Source: Candidatus Latescibacterota bacterium (GTDB lineage: Bacteria; Latescibacterota; UBA2968; GCA-2709665). Taken from it: a stretch of 64,000 nucleotides of DNA. Position numbers and translations under genes: made by a program. The DNA lies in NCBI GenBank assembly GCA_965226795.1, contig CBDDDZ010000005.1, forward strand, positions 1,824,001 through 1,888,000, in the 5' to 3' direction. The notes beneath the pieces were generated by a model that made no database searches, was not told the origin of the DNA, and saw only the letters and a program-made list of their open reading frames with translations. Of the stretch, positions 1 through 10,659 are shown piece by piece (the stretch's first letter is position 1; each line of letters begins with the position of its first letter).

Positions 1-62
1 AACGAAAAATTGCCGCGGCAAAGCGCAAACGCCTGAAGTTCGAAACGCGATTCAACCAATAA
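1..62 (+). CDS. rpsU: 3' end of a small basic protein, probably 30S ribosomal protein S21 (partial)
   Basis: Frame from nt 3 reads RKIAAAKRKRLKFETRFNQ* (TAA 60-62), resembling the Lys/Arg/Ala-rich S21 C-terminus; rpsU commonly lies upstream of cvpA/mutS2/dnaG. Confidence 0.6.
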   Translation, partial: RKIAAAKRKRLKFETRFNQ

Positions 63-87
63 AACAAATATAGTGAGTATGGCAACG

Positions 88-128
88 ACAACCGCACCGA
101 TTCGCCTTCGGATGCGGTTGTATTTTTT
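88..128 (+). terminator. Intrinsic terminator
   Basis: ACAACCGCA (88-96) / TGCGGTTGT (113-121) stem followed by ATTTTTT. Confidence 0.7.
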
Positions 129-211
129 GCGCTTCGTCGTTGAGGGGGACCGCCTGAATCAATGACGTCGAGGTTCCCCCATGTCTCCATCTGAGTCTGA
201 GGGAGGACCGA

Positions 212-880
212 ATGAACATAGTCGATCTGATCTTGGTGATCGGGCTCTGCTGGATGGTTTTCAGAGGGTGCCGCATCGGACTGGTCCGCGGCCTGGTCGG
301 TCTGGTCAGTTTTATTCTGGCTTACGGACTCGGCCTCGCATACGGCGGCGTGGTCTCGGAGTGGATTTCGGGTCAGAACGCTGGCCATGGCCCCGCGATG
401 CTGGGTTTTGTCTGCGTATTCTTCTCGACGTTAATTGCGTGTTACCTTTTTGGACGCATGCTTCAGGCGATGCTGAAAGCCACCCCCCTCGGCGTCGTGG
501 ACACGCTTTGCGGCGGGGTATTCGGCATGGCGCAGGGGGTACTCCTGCTGGGATTACTGATCCTGTTGCTGCGGGCTTATCCCCCTCACCCAAGGGTGAA
601 GGTGTACATTGACGACGCGCGGTTAACGCGTCAGGTACAGCAGGCGTGTCTGGTCTTGATGGATGTCTTCAAGGCCGGCGTTCCACGAGCGTCGGAACTC
701 TACAAATACCTCGAACCGGAGAAACAGAAGTCATCGATCCATCCATTTGTAGACAGTATGACCCGGGGAACCGGAAAAGCACGCGCCAAATTGAAGGGAC
801 TCATCGAAGAATCTCAAGGGAAAGAAACACCGACGTCCGGGAATCCCCAACCGACCTCATCTACCGGCAACCAGGATTAA
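212..880 (+). CDS. cvpA: CvpA family (colicin V production) membrane protein
   Basis: MNIVDLILV...GCRIGLVR N-terminus, four hydrophobic segments, 'VDTLCGGVFG' motif; GGAGG RBS; cvpA-mutS2 synteny. Confidence 0.85.
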   Translation: MNIVDLILVIGLCWMVFRGCRIGLVRGLVGLVSFILAYGLGLAYGGVVSEWISGQNAGHGPAMLGFVCVFFSTLIACYLFGRMLQAMLKATPLGVVDTLCGGVFGMAQGVLLLGLLILLLRAYPPHPRVKVYIDDARLTRQVQQACLVLMDVFKAGVPRASELYKYLEPEKQKSSIHPFVDSMTRGTGKARAKLKGLIEESQGKETPTSGNPQPTSSTGNQD

Positions 881-953
881 TGGAACCCGGTGCTGATGCG
901 GGGTTTATTCGCGCAGGAAAATCTCATGGATTTTCCTATCGATTCACGACCTT

Positions 954-3326
954 ATGACCCTACCACCCAAAACCCTCCAGACGCTCGAATTCAATAAGAT
1001 TCTCGACCTCATCGCGAAACGCACCGTTTCCGATCCAGGGCGAGACAGAGTCGAAAGCCTCGCTCCGGCAGACGATCCCGAACGCATTGAAGCCCGACTC
1101 CGCCCGGTGCTCGAAGCCATGGACCTGATCGGGTATGACGACCCCCTTCCAATCGGACGCATGCCCGATATTCGCGCGGCGACTCGCACCGCCGCCGTAC
1201 CGGGTACGACACTCACCATCGGCGAACTGATCCAGATTGACGAAATTGCGCGGATGTCTCGCCGCCTTCTGGGATATTTCCTCAAACGGAAGGCGAAATA
1301 TCCCCGACTCCAGGCGCTCGTGTCCGGGTTGTCCGAGCACCCCGAGCTGGAAGCACGTATTCACCGTTCCATCGATCCCTCGACGGAAACCGTCAAGGAT
1401 TCCGCCAGCACCGAATTGAGGCGGGTCCGACGCAGCCTGGAACAAACCCGATCGGGCATCCGCAGTTCCGTTGAGGGCATCCTGAACCGGCTCCCCGACA
1501 CAGTCGTGCAGGAGCGGCTGATCACCATCCGGAACGGCCGCTTCGTCATACCGGTACGGGAAAATCGGAAACACCGGCTGGAAGGCCTGGTGCATGATCA
1601 ATCGGCCAGCGGCGCCACACTCTTTGTTGAACCCATGGCCACACTGGCGCTCAACAACCGGCTTCGGCAATTCGAACTGGCCGAGCAACAGGAGGTGAAA
1701 CGCATCCTCCGCGAACTTACCGGGAGCGTTTCCGAAATCAGCGACAGCCTGCTTGAGAATCTGCGTATTCTGGGGAAATTCGATGCGGTGTACGCGATGG
1801 CCGACTTTTCACGCGAACTGAAATGCAGCGAGCCGATTTTCAACCTGGACGGACACCTCGAACTCCACGACGCCCGGCATCCCCTTCTGGTCTACCGCCT
1901 GCGCGGTGAGAACCGGCCTGATTCCATTGTCCCGTTTAGCCTTACAATGGGAGTCGATGACATTCGCACCCTCGTCCTGACCGGCCCGAACGCCGGTGGC
2001 AAGACGGTAGCCCTCAAAACGGTCGGATTGCTTGCGCTGATGGCTCAGGCCGGCTTGCCCGTGCCGACCGCGGAACATTCGCAGTTTCCCATATTCACCG
2101 GTGTTTTTGCAGATATCGGCGATGCACAGTCCATCGAGAACGATCTCAGCACCTTTTCGTCCCATGTGGCGAATCTGGTTGAGGTCGCCAACCATGCCCA
2201 AGCCCGGTCGCTTGTCCTTCTCGACGAAGTTGGCGCCAGCACCGACCCCGACCAGGGCTCGGCCCTGGCGATGGCGCTCCTGAATAGGCTCACTGAACGG
2301 GGCTGTCTGACCGTCGCCACCACCCATCACGGCACGCTCAAAGCCTTTGCGCACCGCACGGACGGTATGGCCAACGGCTCCATGGCCTTCGATGCGGATA
2401 CGCTGACCCCCACCTTTCAGCTTCGTCTTAACACGCCCGGCAGCAGCTATGCCTTCGAAATCGCCCGCCGGCTTAAGATGCCATCCAACATTGTGGACGA
2501 AGCCGAGCGTATTGCGGGCAGCGATATCGGCCGTCTGGAAGCCCTCATCGCGGATCTTGACGACACCTACCAGCACTATAACGAAGAACTGGAACGGGCC
2601 CAATCCAACCGACGTAAAATGGAAGGCCTGAAAGCGGAATACAATAGTCGCCTTAAGGAAGTGGAACAGCGGGAGCGGGCGCTCAAACGTGGCGCGGAGG
2701 AAGACGCCCGACGCATTCTGGACGGCGCCAATGCCCTCATCGAACGCACCGTTTCCGAACTTAGACAGAGCAACGCCGACAGTAACGCCATCAAGAAAGC
2801 CCGGGCGGAGGTCCGGCAAGCCCGGCGGGAATTGGCGGACACAGGCGAAGGACCCGATGCGCCCCTGCCCGCACTCGAACCCGGTTGCCGGGTGCGGGTG
2901 CGGAGCCTCGGAAAAGAGGGGATCGTGGCGGCCGGCCGGATTGAGGGATCCCGCGTGTCTGTTGAAGTCGGCAACGTGCGGCTTCAGGTGCGGCGGTCGG
3001 ACCTCGAACTGCTGGAATCCGCCAAAGAGAAGTCTTCAGGAGCCGCCAGAATCGGTTTCGCCGCGCGCGATTCCGTTGCAGCCGAGGTGAATTTGAGAGG
3101 AATGACCGTCGATGAGGCGGTGGAAACGGTCGACAAATACATCGACGAACTCTACCTGGCCGGAATGGAGCACGCGGCGGTGATCCATGGAAAGGGCACG
3201 GGCGCCCTGCGAAGGGCTATTGGCGCCCACCTCCAGAGCCACGAATTCATCAAATCTCAGCGCCTGGGACTGCACAACGAGGGCGGCGCCGGTGTCACGG
3301 TCATCACGCTGGCATTGGACCCGTAA
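954..3326 (+). CDS. mutS2: Endonuclease MutS2
   Basis: TLEFNKI start, VHDQSASGATLFVEP, Walker A TGPNAGGKT, DIGDAQSIENDLSTFSSH, C-terminal Smr domain (NLRG...IHGKGTGALR...GGAGVT). Confidence 0.97.
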   Translation: MTLPPKTLQTLEFNKILDLIAKRTVSDPGRDRVESLAPADDPERIEARLRPVLEAMDLIGYDDPLPIGRMPDIRAATRTAAVPGTTLTIGELIQIDEIARMSRRLLGYFLKRKAKYPRLQALVSGLSEHPELEARIHRSIDPSTETVKDSASTELRRVRRSLEQTRSGIRSSVEGILNRLPDTVVQERLITIRNGRFVIPVRENRKHRLEGLVHDQSASGATLFVEPMATLALNNRLRQFELAEQQEVKRILRELTGSVSEISDSLLENLRILGKFDAVYAMADFSRELKCSEPIFNLDGHLELHDARHPLLVYRLRGENRPDSIVPFSLTMGVDDIRTLVLTGPNAGGKTVALKTVGLLALMAQAGLPVPTAEHSQFPIFTGVFADIGDAQSIENDLSTFSSHVANLVEVANHAQARSLVLLDEVGASTDPDQGSALAMALLNRLTERGCLTVATTHHGTLKAFAHRTDGMANGSMAFDADTLTPTFQLRLNTPGSSYAFEIARRLKMPSNIVDEAERIAGSDIGRLEALIADLDDTYQHYNEELERAQSNRRKMEGLKAEYNSRLKEVEQRERALKRGAEEDARRILDGANALIERTVSELRQSNADSNAIKKARAEVRQARRELADTGEGPDAPLPALEPGCRVRVRSLGKEGIVAAGRIEGSRVSVEVGNVRLQVRRSDLELLESAKEKSSGAARIGFAARDSVAAEVNLRGMTVDEAVETVDKYIDELYLAGMEHAAVIHGKGTGALRRAIGAHLQSHEFIKSQRLGLHNEGGAGVTVITLALDP

Positions 3327-3536
3327 AGACGGGTATAGCTTCCCATCGGAAAACACACATAGCCGATTCCCGCTTTCTCCGCGGGTCTCAGGCAACGCGT
3401 ACCCCTCTCCTATTGGTTCACTGCAGGCGTTCGCCCGATTCGCTGAACACGCGCCCCTTCCCCGCGCACGTATCCTTCTCCAAACGCCGGGATTCCCACC
3501 GCGTTCGGTGGTATACGTTTACTACGTTGGCGCCGA

Positions 3537-3565
3537 TTGACACGTCGTCCGGTTTCCTCTATATT
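3537..3565 (+). promoter_or_regulatory. sigma70-type promoter of ispG
   Basis: TTGACA (3537-3542) - 17 nt - TATATT (3560-3565). Confidence 0.7.
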
Positions 3566-3622
3566 AGAACCGAGTCGGATATAATAACCCCTCCTTTCCG
3601 CCTATAACATACATACTGCCCG

Positions 3623-5563
3623 ATGCTGATTACCGACCTGCAGACCGATCATCGAGAATACTGCAACAGCCTCACCGAGTACAGCCGTTACCGGACGCGG
3701 GAAGTGGGCATAGGCGGCATTCCCCTTGGCGGCGACAATCCCATCCGCATACAGTCCATGACGACGACGGATACGATGGATACGCTCGCCACGGTTGAAC
3801 AGTCCATCCGGATCATCGAAGCGGGAGCGGACTACGTGCGCATCACGGCGCCGAGCCAGAACGAGGCGCGCAATCTGGAAGCCATCAGGAATGAACTCCG
3901 GGCAAGGGGGTATGAGGCCCCGTTGATCGCCGACATTCACTACACGCCCAACGCGGCTGAGATCGCCGCCCGGATTGTCGAGAAGGTGAGGGTCAATCCC
4001 GGCAACTACGCGGACAAGAAAAAATTCCAGATTGTTGAATACACCGACGCGCAATACGCGGCCGAGATTGAACGCATTCGAGAAAAATTCACGCCACTGG
4101 TGAATGTATGCAAAGAATACGGCACGGCCATGCGCATCGGGGCCAACCACGGTTCCCTGTCGGACCGCATCATGAGCCGGTTCGGCGATACGCCATTGGG
4201 GATGGTCGAATCGGCACTGGAATTCGCACGTATCTGTGCCGATCTGGACTACCACGAAATCGTCCTGTCCATGAAAGCCAGCAACACCAAGGTCATGATC
4301 CAGGCCTACCGCCTTCTGGTGAACTGCATGGATGCGGAGGGTTTCAACTATCCGCTTCACCTGGGCGTCACGGAGGCCGGCGAAGGCGAAGACGGCCGCA
4401 TCAAGTCCGCCATCGGCATCGGCGCACTTCTGGAAGACGGTCTGGGCGACACCGTTCGCGTCTCTCTAACCGAAGAACCCGAAGCCGAGATCCCCGTCTG
4501 TATCCGCCTGGTCGAACGATACACCACCAGGCCGGGGCACCCGCCGATCCCCCCGATCGCACGAAACCCGATTGACCCGTACTCCTATACCCGGCGGCAT
4601 ACCCGGCAAGTGGACCGGCTGGGCGGCGAGAATGTGCCGGTCGTGATCCTTACCCCCCAGGAACTGGCCTCTCCTGCGTGCCTGTCCACCATCGGCTACC
4701 AGTACGACGCCGGGCTGGACAAATGGAATATCGCGGACATGGCGCCGGACTTCATCTATCTGGGCAAACGGGACATCGATTTCGGCCTTCCGGGTACCCT
4801 CGGCAAGATCTTGGATTGCGGCGCCTGGCGCGCCAACCCCGAGGCGTCGAACGCCTATCCGCTGTTCGATCTGACCAACTTCCAGGACGTCCCATACCGC
4901 TCTGAACGACTCAATTTCGTCCTCGCCGAACCCGATGACCTCGACGCAGGCGCACTGGATACGCTGCAGCATGCCGCCAATTGCGTGCTCATCCTGCTGA
5001 CCGATAATCCGCACGCCATGCCTGATCTGCGCCGGATCATGGCTGAATTTCTGGAAAGTGACATTCGGATTCCCGTCGTCTTCAAACGTGAATACCAGGA
5101 CATCGACGACGACGCGCTCATACTACACGGCGCCATCGATACCGGCGGGCTGCTCGCCGACGGCCTTGGCGACGGTATCTGGCTGGCATCGACCGACGCC
5201 GATCCCGGGAACCTCAATCGTCTTTCGTTCGGTATCCTGCAGGCAACGCGCACGCGCATCTCGAAAACCGAGTATATCTCCTGCCCTTCTTGCGGACGCA
5301 CCCTCTTCGACCTGCAGGAAACCACCGCCCTGATTCGCGGACGCACCGACCATCTGAAGGGCGTCAAGATCGGCATAATGGGGTGCATCGTTAACGGCCC
5401 CGGTGAAATGGCCGACGCGGACTACGGCTATGTCGGCAGCGGTCCGGGTCAGATCACGCTTTATCGTGGGAAGGAGATCGTCAGGCGTAACGTCCCCACT
5501 GCCGTTGCCGTCGATGAACTGATCGAACTGATCAGGGTAGACGACCGGTGGGTGGATGCCTGA
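3623..5563 (+). CDS. ispG: HMBPP synthase IspG/GcpE, long three-domain form
   Basis: IRIQSMTTTDT, ADIHY, RVNPGN, RIGANHGSLS, YPLHLGVTEAG, DGLGDTVRVSL, SCPSCGR, IMGCIVNGPGE; central insert of roughly 200+ aa. Confidence 0.97.
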   Translation: MLITDLQTDHREYCNSLTEYSRYRTREVGIGGIPLGGDNPIRIQSMTTTDTMDTLATVEQSIRIIEAGADYVRITAPSQNEARNLEAIRNELRARGYEAPLIADIHYTPNAAEIAARIVEKVRVNPGNYADKKKFQIVEYTDAQYAAEIERIREKFTPLVNVCKEYGTAMRIGANHGSLSDRIMSRFGDTPLGMVESALEFARICADLDYHEIVLSMKASNTKVMIQAYRLLVNCMDAEGFNYPLHLGVTEAGEGEDGRIKSAIGIGALLEDGLGDTVRVSLTEEPEAEIPVCIRLVERYTTRPGHPPIPPIARNPIDPYSYTRRHTRQVDRLGGENVPVVILTPQELASPACLSTIGYQYDAGLDKWNIADMAPDFIYLGKRDIDFGLPGTLGKILDCGAWRANPEASNAYPLFDLTNFQDVPYRSERLNFVLAEPDDLDAGALDTLQHAANCVLILLTDNPHAMPDLRRIMAEFLESDIRIPVVFKREYQDIDDDALILHGAIDTGGLLADGLGDGIWLASTDADPGNLNRLSFGILQATRTRISKTEYISCPSCGRTLFDLQETTALIRGRTDHLKGVKIGIMGCIVNGPGEMADADYGYVGSGPGQITLYRGKEIVRRNVPTAVAVDELIELIRVDDRWVDA

Positions 5564-5682
5564 ATGCCGGTTGCGCCAGCCCTGACGATCGACATTCCTT
5601 CCGGCCTGTGTTTGCGCAAGGTTTATCGCGTTGGCGTTTCCGCAACGCTGTTTTTGTTTCAGTCCGACTGGTAAACCCCGTC

Positions 5683-7497
5683 ATGTCCCGTATACCTGAA
5701 GATACCGTCGAACAGATCCGCAACTCGGTGGATATCGTCGACGTTATTTCCGAATTTGTCGCGCTCAGCAAACGGGGCAAGAGTTATCTGGGCCTCTGCC
5801 CGTTTCACGACGACCGGACGCCCTCACTGAACGTCTCTCAGGTGAAACAGATCTACAAGTGTTTCTCCTGCGGCGCGGGAGGTAATGCGTTTAGATTCCT
5901 GATGGATCTCGAACGCATCAGTTTCATCGAATCCGTGCGCAAACTCGCAGATCAGGTCGGCATCGTACTGCCGGAATTCGAGGCCAGGAACCCTGCCGAA
6001 AAGGACACCAACGACGAGGCCTACAGGACGGTCGAATTCGCGCAGAAGTACTTCCGCCACATGCTGATGCGCCACCCGTCCGGCGAGGGCGCTCGCGATT
6101 ACCTCATCGGCCGCGGCGTCTCCGAAGCCACAATGGATGCCTTCTCGCTGGGGTACGCCACCAAAACCTGGGACGGCCTGCTCAACGCGGCCGGCAGGCG
6201 CGGTTTCAGCGCACAGATGCTCGAACGGGCCGGACTTGTTACGCACCGCGGGGACGGCCGATACTACGACCGCTTTCGCGACCGCGTGATCTTTCCCATC
6301 GAATCGCACACGGGCCGGACCGTCGCTTTCGGCGCCCGCGCCCTCGATCCGGAGCAACAACCCAAATACCTGAACTCTCCAGAGACCCCCATCTACAACA
6401 AGAGCGCCACGCTTTACGGTCTCTGGAAAGACCGGGACCCGATCCGTTCAACCAGGACGGCGGTTGTCGTCGAAGGCTATATGGACCTCGTCGCCCTGGC
6501 ACAATTCGATATCCGAAATGTTGTCGCCTCGTCCGGAACCGCGCTCACTCCGGAACATGCTCGTCTGCTCAAGCGGTACGCCGACCTAGCCGTCCTTGTA
6601 TTCGACGGCGACGCGGCGGGTACCGCCGCTACCGTGCGCGGCGTAGGCGCCCTGGTGGAATCCGGGCTGGAAATCCGCGTGGTCACGCTCGACGGCGATG
6701 AGGATCCGGACAGCTTCGTCCGACAGCGGGGTTCGGTGGCCTTTGACGAACTGATCGAAACCGCCGCGCCAATAATGGATTTTCTCTTCGAATGGGTGCG
6801 GTCGCGGGAAGACCTGTCCACGTCGGACGGCAAGACCCGTGCCGTTGAAACCATTTCGGAATTCGTCGCACGCGAGAAGGACAGCACCCGAAGGCGTTTT
6901 CTGACTCAGGAAATCGCGGAGAAACTGGGGGTCGACGAAGCCATCGTCATCCAGTCGGTCCAGCGCGCGGCACGTTTCGGAACGGGCAGACGCTCGGCAG
7001 ACGCGACAGAGACAATATCCGAGTCCGGGTCTTTCGATCCCCGCCCTCGAATGGAACGGGAACTGATTACGATGATGATGGCGGACGATCGCACGGCCGA
7101 TACGGTGCTTGCGCAGATTGACGGCCGCCACTTTAGCAACAGTGTGTACCGTCGGATCGCGGGGATGATCGGGGCGGCGCGGAAGGAGGGTCGGACCGCG
7201 GCTGCCGCCTCGCTGCTGAATCAGTGCGAGGACGCCGGCCTGGCCAATATCGTATCCGCGCTATCGATGGAAACCGGCATTCTCAACCCGGAGGCGCAGG
7301 TCCCGCTGCAGGATTATCTCACAAGAATGCAGCTCAAGGCCCTGGACGCACGCATCGACGCCCTGGAGGCGCAACTTCGAACAGCCGGCGCCGGGACGGA
7401 TCCGATCGCGTTGATGGACGAACACAAGGAACTGACCCGACAACGCAAAACGTTGTTCGCCGCTCAGCGCGGACAAACCGAAACGGCGCCGCGTTGA
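5683..7497 (+). CDS. dnaG: DNA primase
   Basis: Zn finger CPFHDDRTPS...CFSC, YDRFRDRVIFP, PKYLNSPET, TOPRIM VVEGYMD / FDGDAAG / DPD; start moved to ATG 5683 (MSRIPEDTVEQ). Confidence 0.97.
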   Translation: MSRIPEDTVEQIRNSVDIVDVISEFVALSKRGKSYLGLCPFHDDRTPSLNVSQVKQIYKCFSCGAGGNAFRFLMDLERISFIESVRKLADQVGIVLPEFEARNPAEKDTNDEAYRTVEFAQKYFRHMLMRHPSGEGARDYLIGRGVSEATMDAFSLGYATKTWDGLLNAAGRRGFSAQMLERAGLVTHRGDGRYYDRFRDRVIFPIESHTGRTVAFGARALDPEQQPKYLNSPETPIYNKSATLYGLWKDRDPIRSTRTAVVVEGYMDLVALAQFDIRNVVASSGTALTPEHARLLKRYADLAVLVFDGDAAGTAATVRGVGALVESGLEIRVVTLDGDEDPDSFVRQRGSVAFDELIETAAPIMDFLFEWVRSREDLSTSDGKTRAVETISEFVAREKDSTRRRFLTQEIAEKLGVDEAIVIQSVQRAARFGTGRRSADATETISESGSFDPRPRMERELITMMMADDRTADTVLAQIDGRHFSNSVYRRIAGMIGAARKEGRTAAAASLLNQCEDAGLANIVSALSMETGILNPEAQVPLQDYLTRMQLKALDARIDALEAQLRTAGAGTDPIALMDEHKELTRQRKTLFAAQRGQTETAPR

Positions 7498-7508
7498 CCA
7501 CAAAAAGC

Positions 7509-7536
7509 TTGTCCTTTCCGCAAGATCACGTAAATT
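7509..7536 (+). promoter_or_regulatory. Probable tRNA promoter
   Basis: TTGTCC (7509-7514) - 16 nt - TAAATT (7531-7536), 12 nt before the tRNA. Confidence 0.45.
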
Positions 7537-7547
7537 TCCCAGTTACC

Positions 7548-7624
7548 GGGCCCTTAGCTCAGTTGGATAGAGCGGCGGACTCATAATCCGTTGGTCGCAG
7601 GTTCGAGTCCTGCAGGGCCCACCA
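7548..7624 (+). tRNA. tRNA with CAT anticodon, most likely tRNA-Ile2 (lysidine-modified)
   Basis: GGGCCCT/AGGGCCC acceptor stem, TAGCTCAGTTGG D arm, GCGGA-CTCATAA-TCCGT anticodon arm, GGTTCGAGTCC T arm, encoded ACCA end; resembles E. coli ileX rather than Met tRNAs. Confidence 0.93.
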
Positions 7625-7631
7625 GAACACC

Positions 7632-7667
7632 AAAGAGGGAGTCCGAGAATCCATCGGCTCCCTCTTT
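7632..7667. terminator. Bidirectional hairpin terminator between the tRNA and the convergent islet
   Basis: AAAGAGGGAG(T)CCGA / TCGGCTCCCTCTTT inverted repeat. Confidence 0.7.
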
Positions 7668-7711
7668 AATATTTGGGGCGAAAATACCTGACTTGACGGC
7701 GCTTTCTCTGG

Positions 7712-8368
7712 TCAAAAATCATCCACTGCCGCAGCAGATGTGTCTTCCTCCACGCGATCCGGGCATTCGCTCACGGGAATTTTGCAAAACCCGCATTCAC
7801 CATAACTTGGTACCTTTCTGGATGGTTCATTCGATGCCAGCCTGCGTATTAACTCTGAAAATCGCTCGACGAATTTACCATCAACAGCTGATGACGGGAC
7901 AGGAACCTCCTGCTCTCCATAAACAACCCGCCCCTCAAAAACAACATCTCTGTATTTCTCAGGAAACGCTTTGGGAATTGCATACATATAAAGCATTACC
8001 TGAACGTGATCTGATGTCCTTGGTTGACCCGTTTTGATATCTACGATTATGCCGCGATTTCCCTTCTTTGCAATTAAATCAGGCTTTCCCCCAACCGTCG
8101 CTGTCGTTCCTTTAAGGTGGAAGTAATTTTGAGTCTCGGTTGACACATCAAAGCCTTTATCTTCCAGCTTCTGTCGATATGTATCGGTGGCTGCTGTATG
8201 ATTGAGTTGCCACGCGGTAGAATCGAAATCACCTGGCAAAGCAGTCCAGCTTTTCCTGTCATGTTGGGCTTGAAACCAGCTGGCCCATTCACATGACGCT
8301 TCCCCAGTAAGCAACTTCGTCAACCACGTCACCCAAACATACGGAAGACCAGATCTTTTTTCCGACAT
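7712..8368 (-). CDS. PD-(D/E)XK nuclease, Cas4/AddB/RecB-like, probable Fe-S cluster
   Basis: KPDLIA...IVDIKTG catalytic motif, QVMLY (QxxxY), one N-terminal Cys (CEW) plus C-terminal CGFC-x6-C. Confidence 0.8.
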   Translation of the reverse strand: MSEKRSGLPYVWVTWLTKLLTGEASCEWASWFQAQHDRKSWTALPGDFDSTAWQLNHTAATDTYRQKLEDKGFDVSTETQNYFHLKGTTATVGGKPDLIAKKGNRGIIVDIKTGQPRTSDHVQVMLYMYAIPKAFPEKYRDVVFEGRVVYGEQEVPVPSSAVDGKFVERFSELIRRLASNEPSRKVPSYGECGFCKIPVSECPDRVEEDTSAAAVDDF

Positions 8369-8405
8369 CTCCGCCTCACTCTCGAGACCCTTTACCCCTA
8401 GGTAC

Positions 8406-10509
8406 CTATTTTAATGAGACAATTTCCAGTTGACGAGTTTGTGCTCCCAAGTCATCCAGAAATTCGGAAGCAGTCTTGACGCCGGAAACCATCAGGTGGT
8501 CACGGGCACGGGTGCACGCAACATACAGCAGGTGTCGCTCCGTGTTGTAAACCTCCTCAAGGTCCGCGTCATCCGCGACGGTTTCAATGCGCTCCTGTCG
8601 TGGAATGGCTTCGTCGTCGCACGCCATGACGGCAACAGCCCGAAACTCCAGTCCCTTGGCAAGATGCATGGTGGCTACCGACACCCTTCCAGTATTGGTC
8701 TCACTCCGTTCATCCAAAATCTGGAATGGAAATCCCGATCTCTGTACGGGCCTCGCGCGCTCGGTCCAGTTCCGTCGCTGATCGAACAAATATCCCCATC
8801 TCACCAGCATCGACATCCGTGTCGCCGTACGCTTTCAACCAATCGCCGACTGCCTCACTCTCCTGCTGCGCCGTATCGAACAAGCGTATTTCCGGAGGAT
8901 CGCCGTTGAACGCCGAAACCGTCCCCCGGCGATTCTCGACGTTGCCATCCACATCGGCAACTTCGTTGCCCAGCAGACGGTCCGCTCGCACTCTGATTTG
9001 ATGGGACGTTCGATAGTTGAGTGTGAGTGTCTCAGATCTCCCCCGGATATCCACGCCCGCCGCCTTCCAGGAAAACGGCGCCTGGAAAATCCGTTGTCCC
9101 AGATCACCCGAAAAGAATAGGCCGTTCAGCCTTTCGCCGCCCATAGCGGCCAGAAAACGAAGTTGGGCGACGCCAATTTCCTGAGCCTCATCCACGACTA
9201 TAAACCCATACGGTGGATGGCGACGTTCTTTGAGCCTTTCCGTGAGTATACTGCACATACCTGATCGCGTAATCAGGTTCCGTTCCGTCAATTTGACCTT
9301 GACCCGTTCGAATATATTCCACAGGCTCGAACGCTGCTCAAGAGGCAGGCGCGGCTTGCGGCCGAGTCGTCTTACGTCGCGATAGGCCTCCCAGCCTTCC
9401 AATTGCCACGCGTCAACGACATTCTCCCATTCGCTCACCAGAAAGTTGGGGGAAAACCGACGTGTTTCCTCCTCTTTGGCGCCTTCAGCCAGTAGCTCGC
9501 GAACCATCTCCCCAGACGCAATTCTCGGGACACCGACCTGCACCTTATAGACACGTTCGCATACTTGATCAATTGTGTTGACCTCCAGCCGTTCCATAAG
9601 CCGCGGTTCGTTGCGAATCAGCCGCCTGACTCCGGAACGAAGAAAGTCGGCCAGGGTGTCGGAGAAGGTGGTGAGCAGAACCCGTGCGTCCGGATTGGTG
9701 CGCGCGAGAAATACAGCCCGGTGAATTGCGACAACAGTTTTGCCAGTACCTGCCGTTCCGGATACGCGAAAAGGTCCGTTGTAGTCCCGCTCAACAATCT
9801 TCCGTTGCGTCGGGTGCAGAAAAATCGCCCATTTCGCCAGCGGAAAGTCGAGCGCAAGTTCGAGTTCGTCTTCGTTCGACACCAGCTTGAATCGCCGCTC
9901 CGCGTCTGGGTGCTCAAACGGATCGCCGGAAACAACAGGCGCCACCGGCTTCGGTGTTTCACCGACGGCGATCTGCAGCAACGCCTCCGCTGCTTCATCG
10001 GGTAGATGTTCTGCCAACTCCAAGAGGCTGTCTTCGTTAGCGTTACGAACGTCTTCCAGCCATTCATTCGGGACTCCGTAGCCCAAGAGATCCTCTTCCG
10101 CGACCTCCGCGAAGAGAAGCGGCTTGACCGGCGCCTTCTGCTCCGCTTCCACATAAACGGGCACGACGATTTCCTGAACTGTCTCCCTCACTTCGACCAA
10201 TTGCGCCGCTCCGGTCCTGGGATGGACTTCCAGTTTACGTTTTTCAGCCCATCTGTAGGCTTTGTCATGGTGGTCTACGTAGCACAACATCAGACTCTTC
10301 CGCGTCCGATGCACAACTATACGGATATCGCGATTGACACGAAAAGACCAGAAATTCGGGTCCTTCGCTCTATCAACCTTGTGGAATTTCAATCCGGGCC
10401 GAGCCGGGTCCATCTGCAAATCAAAGGCCGTGGTTTTCACGGCCTTTTGTTCGCTACCCGTCAGCCTGGCAAGGCTGTCTGTAAACGTGTCGGCTATCCG
10501 AAAGTCCAT
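8406..10509 (-). pseudogene. UvrD/SF1 helicase with N-terminal RelE/ParE-like domain, split by a +1 frameshift
   Basis: Walker A GTAGTGKT, VVDEAQE, GDLGQRIF, LNYRT in the upstream frame; TMHLAKGLEF and ERHLLYVACTRAR in the 8406-8816 frame; removing one G from GGG 8748-8750 gives ...DRAREA-VQRSGFPF... and a 700-aa protein. Confidence 0.8.
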
Positions 10510-10659
10510 CTTGGCGTCCAAGGGATTCGCAACCACAGGGAATTCGTGTTCTCGGTGCTGCTCGGCGGATCATCGGTAGTGGGCGACCGTGAGATTTTCA
10601 GTGGAAGTGTCACGTGTTGTCTGATGTTCAATACGCAAAGGCGTCAAACCCAATTTATC

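Noticed and set aside
7497..7548. rpoD absent after dnaG
   Set aside because: dnaG-rpoD linkage is not universal
7548..7624. tRNA-Met or tRNA-fMet assignment
   Set aside because: It has a G1-C72 pair and lacks the three G-C anticodon-stem pairs of initiator tRNA; overall similarity favours Ile2, although elongator Met cannot be fully excluded
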